Position numbers and translations under genes: made by a program. 64,000 nucleotides of DNA, from NCBI GenBank assembly GCA_963696385.1, contig CAVOKF010000008.1:128001-192000 (forward strand), read 5' to 3'. Source of the DNA: an uncultured delta proteobacterium (lineage in GTDB: Bacteria; Myxococcota_A; Polyangia; Polyangiales; Polyangiaceae). Each line of letters opens with the position of its first letter. The first letter of the stretch is position 1. This document shows positions 56,859-64,000 of the stretch, piece by piece. The notes below the pieces were generated by a model. It saw only the letters and a list, made by a program, of their open reading frames with translations, did not search any database and was not told where the DNA came from.

Positions 56859-59800
56859 TCAGCGAAGCTCAGCCACCTGTTCGCCGAAAACCCGCTCCAG
56901 CCCGGACAGAAGCGGATCGCCGACATCCACCCGCCACGCGTCGCCCAACATGAGCAACGCTTCGGCCCCATCGGAAAAACTGACGATCAGAGCCACCGGG
57001 CATTGTCCCTTGGTCAGAGACAAGACGCGCGCGAGGCTTGCGAGATCCGAGTTTCGCGTCCGCTCGGCACGAACCCGAATCGAAATCGATCGCGTATCGG
57101 CCCGCACGGCCTCGGTGAGCGGCTGGACCTCGTTCAACAGAATCGTCGGGTCGCGCGGCGCGTCGGCGTCGTCATCGCCGTCCTCGCTGCGCTGAGGAAA
57201 GCTCACTTTGCCCGTCACGAGCACCGGCTCGCCCGCCGTCAGCACCGGCGCGTAGCGTTCGATTTCGCGAGCGCGCAGTTTGACGCTCACGCGACCGGTC
57301 AAATCCTCGAGATCGAAGAACGCGACCTTGCCGCCTCCGTCCTTGAACATGCGCTCGCGGTACGCCTCGACCATTCCGACCAGCTTGATGGGAGCCCAGT
57401 CTTCCGACCCGGCGCAGTCTGCGACACGCCCGGCCCCGAGCTTGCCGAGCCCGGCGTCGCCCTTGATGTACCGTTCGAGGGGATGGCCCGATACGTAGAA
57501 CCCGAGCGCCTGCCGCTCGCGGACCAAGAGCTCGCGCCGGTCCCACGGTTCGCACTCGGCGTAGTCGCCGGCCGTCGAGGCGGCCGACGTCGGGTGCGGC
57601 GAAGCGTCGAACAGGCCGAACAGCGTCGTCTGGCCGGCGGCCCGGTCGCGACTCGCCGCACGCGAACGCTCCAACGCGACGTCGATCGACGCGAACGCTC
57701 GGGCACGCGACATTCCGCGCACCTGCAAGCTCGAATCGAAGGCGCCGCATTGCACCAGAGCCTCGAAGACGGCTTTGTTCACGCGTTTGGCATCGATGCG
57801 AGCGGCCAGATCGAAGAGATCTCGGAAAGGACCGGCGCCGCGCGCCTCGAACACCGCCTCCAGTGCGGAGCCCCCCAAGCCACGCACGGCCCCGAGCCCG
57901 AACCGGATCTGGGGGCCGAGCGGGTCTGCGATCTTGTCGCCCCGACGCGCGGGCGGCCCGTCGCCGAGCGGACGCGTGTACGCGACCTTGAAATCCGTGT
58001 CGCTCTCGTTCACATCCGGAGGAAGGACCCTGACACCCATGGCTCGCGCGTCCGCGATCGTGCGCACGACCTTGTCGATGCGATCCTTGTCGCTCGTCAG
58101 AATCGCACAGAGCAACTCGACGGGGTAATGCGCCTTGAGCCACGCGGTCTGGTAGGTGATGAGCGCATACGCAGCCGAATGGCTTTTGTTGAACCCGTAG
58201 CCGGCGAAGTATTCGAGTAGGCCGAAGATGTGCTCCGCGTCCTTGACGTCGACACCGTTGTCGCTGGCTCCGGCAAGAAACACACTCTTCTGCTTGGCCA
58301 TTTCTTCCGGCTTCTTCTTGCCCATCGCACGCCGCAACAAGTCCGCGCCGCCGAGCGTGTAGCCCGCGAGCTTCTGGGCGATCTGCATCACCTGCTCCTG
58401 ATAGACGATGACCCCGTAGGTCGGAGCGAGGATGTCGTCGACACGAGGGTGCAAGCTCGCGATGGCGGCGCGTCCGTGTTTTCGGTTGACGAAGTCCTCC
58501 ACCATGCCGCTGCCCAGCGGACCGGGGCGATAGAGCGCAACGGCCGCGACGATGTCCTCGAATCCGTCGGGACGCAAATCCTTGAAGAGCTGCTGCATGC
58601 CGCTCGATTCGAGTTGAAAGACTCCTTTGGTTTCGCCGGACGCGAGCAGCTTGTACGTCGCCGCGTCGTCCAGAGGGATCTTGGAAAGGTCGATCGTCTG
58701 ATTCGCGCGCCGCAGATCGGGCCGAGCGTTGACCAGCCGCACCGCGACGTCGAGCACGGTGAGCGTCTTGAGTCCCAAAAAGTCGAATTTGACGAGCCCC
58801 GCCTGTTCGACGTCGTCCTTGTAATACTGCGTGACGAGCGCCCCGGTCTTGTCGTCGCGGAAGACCGGCACGTGGTCCCAGAGAGGGCCCTCGCTGATCA
58901 CGATACCGGCCGCGTGTTTGCCGGCGTGCCGGGTCAAACCCTCGAGTTTGCGCGCCTGATCGAGGAGCCCCTTGATCCTCGGGTCGCTCTCGTAAAGCGT
59001 CCGCAGCTTCGGCTCGACCTCGAGCGCCTCTCCGATCGTGTACGTTTCGGCCGGTGTCTTGCGCGGAATCAAGTTGGCGATCTGCTGCGCCTCGTTGGGG
59101 GTTATCCCCAGGCATCGCGCAACGTCTTTGACGACGCTCTTGCTCTTGAGCTCGGCAAACGTCGCGATTTGGCCGACGCTCGAAGCACCGTACTTGCGCT
59201 GGACGTAGGCAATCACCTCATCCCGCCGGTCCATGCAAAAGTCGATGTCGAAGTCCGGCATGCTCACGCGCTCCGGATTCATGAAGCGCTCGAAGAGCAA
59301 GTGGTACGGAATCGGATCGAGGTCGGTGATGCGCATCGCGTAGGCCACGATCGATCCCGCGCCGGATCCCCGCCCGGGGCCGACGGGAATGCCGCTTTCC
59401 TTGGCGTATCGAATGAAGTCCCAGACGATGAGGAAGTACCCGGCAAAGTTCATCTTCGCGATGACGTCGAGTTCGATCTCGAGTCGCTTCGTGTACGCAT
59501 CGCGGTCGACGTGCTTGCCCTGCGCTTCGAACTCGTCGAAGCGGACACGGATGCCTTCCCGAGCGATATGGCGGAAGTAGCCGACGGCGTCGTAGCCCTC
59601 CGGTACCTGAAAGCTCGGCAGCATCGGTTCGCCGAGCTTGAGAGCCAACGTACATTTTTCGGCAATTTCGAGCGTCGCGCGCACCGCGTTCGGGTAGGCC
59701 GCAAAAAGCTGCGCCATCTCGTCGGGTGTCTTCAGGTACATCTCGCTCGAATCCGTGGTGGCGCTCCTTCGCCTCCTCGAGCGAACGACCGGTCTTGATG

Positions 59801-60432
59801 CAGGACAGGTACAGATGCGCCTCGGCGTCTTGCCGCTCGGCGTAGTGCACGTCGTTGGTGGCGACGAGCGGCAGGTCGAGATCGCCCGCGAGCTTGACGA
59901 GAATCCCGTTGAGCACCGGCTGCTCCGGCAGCCCGTGATCCTGCAGCTCGACGTACAACGACCCCGGCTCGAAGACGTCGCGCATGCGCGCGAGGACCTC
60001 TCGACCCCGGGTCTCACCTTCTTCGAGGATGGCCTGGGCCACGACTCCGCCCATGCAGCCGGTCAATGCGACGATCCCCTTGGACCGGGTCGAAAGCTCC
60101 TCCATGGGCATGGGCACTCCCTGAATCTGACACCGGGACACGATGCCGATCAGGTTGCGGTAGCCCTCGGACGTCGCCGCCAGGAGCGGCAGGTGGTGGC
60201 CGTGCCCGCCGCGCCCCGCGGCATCAATCTCGCATCCGAGGATGGCGTGGACCTTCGCCTCTTTCGCCGCCTTGTAGAGGGCAATCGCGCCAAACATGTT
60301 GCCGTGATCGGTGACGGCGACGGCGGGCATTCCCCCGGCCGCGACACGCTGGACGAGGTCCTTCACCTTCACCGCTCCGTCGAGAAGCGAATATTGCGTG
60401 TGAACGTGCAGGTGGACGAACTCGGCGGACAT
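56859..60432 (-). CDS. dnaE: DNA polymerase III alpha subunit; single-base frameshift near 59751
   Basis: FVHLHVHTQYSLLDG, TDHGNMFG, ATNDVHY in the 5' frame; GPGRGSGAGS, PDFDIDF, KFDFLGL, GYGFNKSHS in the 3' frame. Confidence 0.96.
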
Positions 60433-60616
60433 CGCTTTGAGAGCTCCGACTAGAGCACCGAACAGGTCGGCGGACCGAGGATTTCAAGCTTTTTGGGCTC
60501 TCGCAAGGCGCGACGACGAGGCGTGCTGCAGCATGGTGAAGGAGAGCAACGCCGCGAGAGGCGGGGAAGCCGCAGAAAGCCGACGGGACGGGCACGCCCT
60601 GTTCGCAGCGCCGACA

Positions 60617-62168
60617 TCATGATGCACCCATCTGTCGAGCTCGGGCGATCACGTGCGGCGCCAGATGAAGCGCAAATGCGAAAATACTGATCTGCGGCGG
60701 TCCGCCAAGGCTCGTCGGAAAGAGCGATCCGTCGGCGACGAACAGACCCCGCAGCTGATGGTGCTCGCCCGTCGAACGCACGACGCTCCTCTTCGGATCC
60801 TCCCCCATCGCCATCGTACCCATGGGATGCACGGCGGTGAGCGGCACGGAGTGCGGTCGCAAGCACGACACGTCCACGCGGTCGATCTCGGCGGGGCTCG
60901 ATATCCGGATCGACGGAACGGCCGGAATCGTGACCTCGCGCGCGCCTGCGGCGAGCAACAACCGCGCACACGCCACGAGGCCGAGCGCGAGTTGACGGCG
61001 ATCGCGATCGATCATTTCGTAGCGAATTACCGGACGCCCGTCGGCCCGGACCCGAACTTCGCCGCTCGTCTCGTCGTGGACCATCGCGGTCAGGACGGCG
61101 AGGTTCGGGTACGTGCGCATCGCGGCCATGTGCGCCGCACCGAAGCCCCGCAGCGTCGCCGCGGCGCCGATGGGATGCGCGAAGGCCGTGACGATCCACA
61201 CGCGCCGATCGCTGCCCTCTTCGTGCGACAAATGCTCGGTGCATTCGTAGCTTTGGGGAATTCCGCGCCAGCCCGCGACCGGTTCATCGAACCGCCCAGC
61301 CGCGATCGCCCCGGGGTGCAGCCGAAGACCGCTTCCCAGCCTTGCGTGCGGATCGGGCACGCCGCTGCGGCGCGCCAGAGCCGCGCTGCCGACGGCGCTC
61401 GCCGCCAGAACCACGACCCGCGCGCGCACCTCGACGTCGGCTCTCGGACGACCCTCGGCCGATCGCGCGACCGCTCGGACGCCGGCGATGCTGCGGCCGT
61501 CGTGCATGACGCGAACGGCTTCGACGTCGGCGTACACTCGGGCTCCAGCAGCCAACGCCTGGGGCAGCAGGACCTTCAGGGCGTTCTGCTTGGCGTCGTA
61601 AGCGCACCCGAGCTCGCAGAAGCCGCTCTGGGTGCACCCGACGCGGTTGTGACGAAGCGGACCGCCGCGCCAGCCGAGCGCCGCGCACCCCTTCCGGAGC
61701 CGCTCGTTGTTCTCGTTGCGCATCGGCGCCCCGATCTCGGACACGCTCAGGTCGCGCTCAATCGATTCGAAGGCGGGCCGGAGATCGCCCGGGCCCGCGC
61801 CGACGACCCCGTGTTTGCGGGACCACCGGTCGAGGATTTCGTCGGGGGCTCGTTTGCACAAGTTCGTATTGTGCACCGTGCTGCCGCCGATGCCCTTGCC
61901 CTGGAGGACTCGAATCGCAAAGTCGTCGGTCGTTCGGCCTCCGCCGTCCTGATAGATTTGGTGGAGCATCCGATCCTCGCGCTGGTCGAAGTCGTCCGAC
62001 TTCAGAAAGGCGCCCTCTTCGAGACCCACCACCGAGAGGCCGGCGCGCGCCAGCTCGCGCAACATCGACGGACCCGCCCGCCCCCGTCCCGACCACGACG
62101 GCGTCCGCGTCCAGGATCACCGTGCGCGCTGCCAGATCGCGGCCTCGCACAATCCCGAGATCGTTCAC
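60617..62168 (-). CDS. GMC-family oxidoreductase; frameshift near 62066
   Basis: VVVGTGAGG FAD motif, GKGIGGSTVHN, GFCELGC, HPMGT, DGSLFPTSLG. Confidence 0.88.
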
Positions 62169-62728
62169 CACCACCCCCCTGGGGGGCGCGCGACGAACGG
62201 GCCATCGTAGCCCACGATGCGCCAGGTGCGCGGATCGCGGTAGTACCCCATGAACACGAGCGCCTTCAGCCCCTCGAACCCGGCGCGAATCAGATCACTG
62301 GAGGACACCTCGGCCGACGCCAACACTCGGTCCTGATCGAGCGGAGCGAGCCGGGTGAAACGCGATCCCAATCCCACGCCAATCGGTGCCAGATGCTCGA
62401 CATACGCCAGAAAGCGGCCGAGATCGCGGCGAACGCGATCGTCCATACCCGCCACCCACGTGTCCACGAACTCCGCGACCCCGAGGTCGTCGGCGGTCGG
62501 AATGGGCGGTCCGGACGCGCCGTCGCTCGCGGTGATGCGGCGAGCGGCGTGCTCGACCACCACGAACTGCCACGCGCAGAGCGATGCGAGGACCTGTCCG
62601 CGCCGAAGCGTGTATCCGCGGGTGCGCACGACGGCGGCCACCGAGCCGCCGACGAATGCCGAGGCCGCAGCAAACTCGAGGATTCGCCTGCGAGAGAAGG
62701 ACAACGAGCGATCGCGGGACTCTCGCAT
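62165..62728 (-). CDS. Gluconate 2-dehydrogenase subunit 3-like partner protein
   Basis: Tat-like SRRRILEF, RFTRL, LKALVFMGYY..W..VGYDGP; coupled to the GMC gene. Confidence 0.75.
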   Translation of the reverse strand: MRESRDRSLSFSRRRILEFAAASAFVGGSVAAVVRTRGYTLRRGQVLASLCAWQFVVVEHAARRITASDGASGPPIPTADDLGVAEFVDTWVAGMDDRVRRDLGRFLAYVEHLAPIGVGLGSRFTRLAPLDQDRVLASAEVSSSDLIRAGFEGLKALVFMGYYRDPRTWRIVGYDGPFVARPPGGWW

Positions 62729-62763
62729 CGCGCTGCCATCGCATGTATAGCCGAAAGGGCGGC

Positions 62764-63396
62764 GTGCATCTCTTTGGTCTGACCGGCGGCATCGCTTCGG
62801 GTAAGAGCACGGTGGCCGCTCGCTTCCGAGGACACGGCGTGCCGATCATCGACGCCGACGTGCTCGCGCGCGAGGTGGTGGCTCCGGGCACGGCTGGGCT
62901 TCGTGCGGTGGTCGATGCGTTCGGTCCGCAGATGCTTGGATCCGACGGCGCACTCGACCGCAAGAAGCTCGCGAGCGTCGTCTTTTCGGACGAGGCTGCT
63001 CGACAACGCCTCAACGGCATCACCCACCCGCGCATCCTTCTGCGCGCCATGGAGATCGCCACCCAGCTCGACCGCGCGGGCGAACCGCTCGCTTGCTACG
63101 AGGCGGCGCTCATCGTCGAAAACGGCGCAGCCGATCGGTTCCGGCCCCTCGTCGTCGTGTCGTGCGCGAACGACGTCCAGCTAGCGCGCGTGTGCGCTCG
63201 AAGCGGCGGTTCGCGCGACGATGCGCTTGCTCGGATTCGCGCGCAGATGCCCCTTGCCGAGAAGGTCGGTGCGGCGGACTTCGTCATCGATACGAACGGC
63301 TCGATCGACGAATGCGCCCACCAGGCCGATCGGGTGCTTTCCGCGCTATGCCAACGCGTGAAGGTCGACCCCGACCGCTACGGCCTCGCGCCGTGA
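62764..63396 (+). CDS. coaE: Dephospho-CoA kinase
   Basis: GLTGGIASGKST, IDADVLAREVV, LNGITHP, RIRAQMP, ADFVIDT. Confidence 0.95.
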   Translation: MHLFGLTGGIASGKSTVAARFRGHGVPIIDADVLAREVVAPGTAGLRAVVDAFGPQMLGSDGALDRKKLASVVFSDEAARQRLNGITHPRILLRAMEIATQLDRAGEPLACYEAALIVENGAADRFRPLVVVSCANDVQLARVCARSGGSRDDALARIRAQMPLAEKVGAADFVIDTNGSIDECAHQADRVLSALCQRVKVDPDRYGLAP

Positions 63397-64000
63397 AAGC
63401 GCACCTCCGAGCCTTCGATCTCGCCGTATCCCGCGATGAGCAGATCGCCGCCGTCGCGGCGGACCCACAGGACGGTCACGTCGCCAAAGAACCGCTCGCC
63501 AGCGGCCTGCGTCACCTCGACGGGCACCCGAACGACCATGTCTCCGGGGCGCATTCCGACCGGGCGACGCGGCGCATCGGGCGCCGACAGGTCGTCCCAG
63601 CTCCAGCGCTCGATTCGCTCAGGTCGGACGAGCTCGAGTCCCGCGAGCCGCGCGTAATCATGGGCCGCGAGCCGCTGCTGCCAGTTCTCGATGACGGAGC
63701 TCCGGCCATGAGCGCCCCCATAAAGGGGCTCGGCATCCGAAGCGAGAAAAACGGCGAGTCCCTCCAACAATCCGCGCTGCCAGGCCGCGAAAAATCGCTC
63801 GACGAACCGCTCGACCGCGGCCCGTGCGATCGGCTCGCGCAGCGAGACGATTCCGCGAGCCCCGCTGCGATCGACCGGATCGGGGCGTGCGGGCGGCGGT
63901 TCGATCACCACCGCGCCAACGCGGCGCACCCTCGGGCGCTGCTCGTCGAGGTCTACGGCAGTGGGCGGGGCCATGGGCCGGCTGCAGCCGGCAGCGCCCG
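63378..64000 (-). CDS. Hypothetical lipoprotein, 5' end outside the window
   Basis: Frame open to the edge; GAAGC lipobox-like sequence upstream of Met 63974; NTF2-like pattern (AVERFVERFFAAW..). Confidence 0.55.
   Translation of the reverse strand, partial: GAAGCSRPMAPPTAVDLDEQRPRVRRVGAVVIEPPPARPDPVDRSGARGIVSLREPIARAAVERFVERFFAAWQRGLLEGLAVFLASDAEPLYGGAHGRSSVIENWQQRLAAHDYARLAGLELVRPERIERWSWDDLSAPDAPRRPVGMRPGDMVVRVPVEVTQAAGERFFGDVTVLWVRRDGGDLLIAGYGEIEGSEVRFHGARP

Noticed and set aside
59218..60432. Naturally split or intein-containing dnaE
   Set aside because: No intein termini; removing one base restores a continuous typical DnaE.
60456..60472. LexA-like site upstream of dnaE (CCGCCGACCTGTTCGGT, minus strand)
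   Set aside because: Mismatches in both conserved ends (CTG and GTTCAG); too weak in high-GC DNA.

Overview
High-GC bacterial chromosomal segment. Gene content (Hanks-type kinase, cytoplasmic hybrid histidine kinase, Cys-rich lipoproteins, orphan SctJ, Myxococcus-type LexA box) suggests Myxococcota, probably Polyangiales-like; this is an inference. Left to right: (1) an SOS mutagenesis cassette imuA-imuB-[hybrid histidine kinase]-dnaE2 (5' part only) with a likely LexA box; (2) larE; (3) a Ser/Thr kinase + M48 peptidase operon; (4) a TPR/dynamin-like GTPase leading lptA-lptB, then rpoN-hpf-ptsN-hprK-rapZ-ptsH-ptsI and rpsO-pnp; (5) a GT-C-like membrane protein, a beta-propeller protein, a small Zn-ribbon protein, an RluA-RlmI/K fusion and bolA-grxD; (6) a ~14 kb putative glycolipid locus (GT-C, ugd, UDP-uronate epimerase, three GT4s, deacetylase, PIG-B/Alg9-like GT22, MMPL transporter); (7) a SWIM-SNF2 helicase, orphan sctJ, cyclophilin, pyrF, TrmH-family methylase, MFS, MoxR, dnaE, a GMC oxidoreductase pair and coaE. 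Two families of REP-like hairpin mosaics occur in intergenic regions. Six single-base frameshifts, one in the essential dnaE, point to long-read indel errors. I found no tRNA, rRNA, CRISPR array, transposase or integrase. All family assignments come from motif recognition by eye; no database searches were run.
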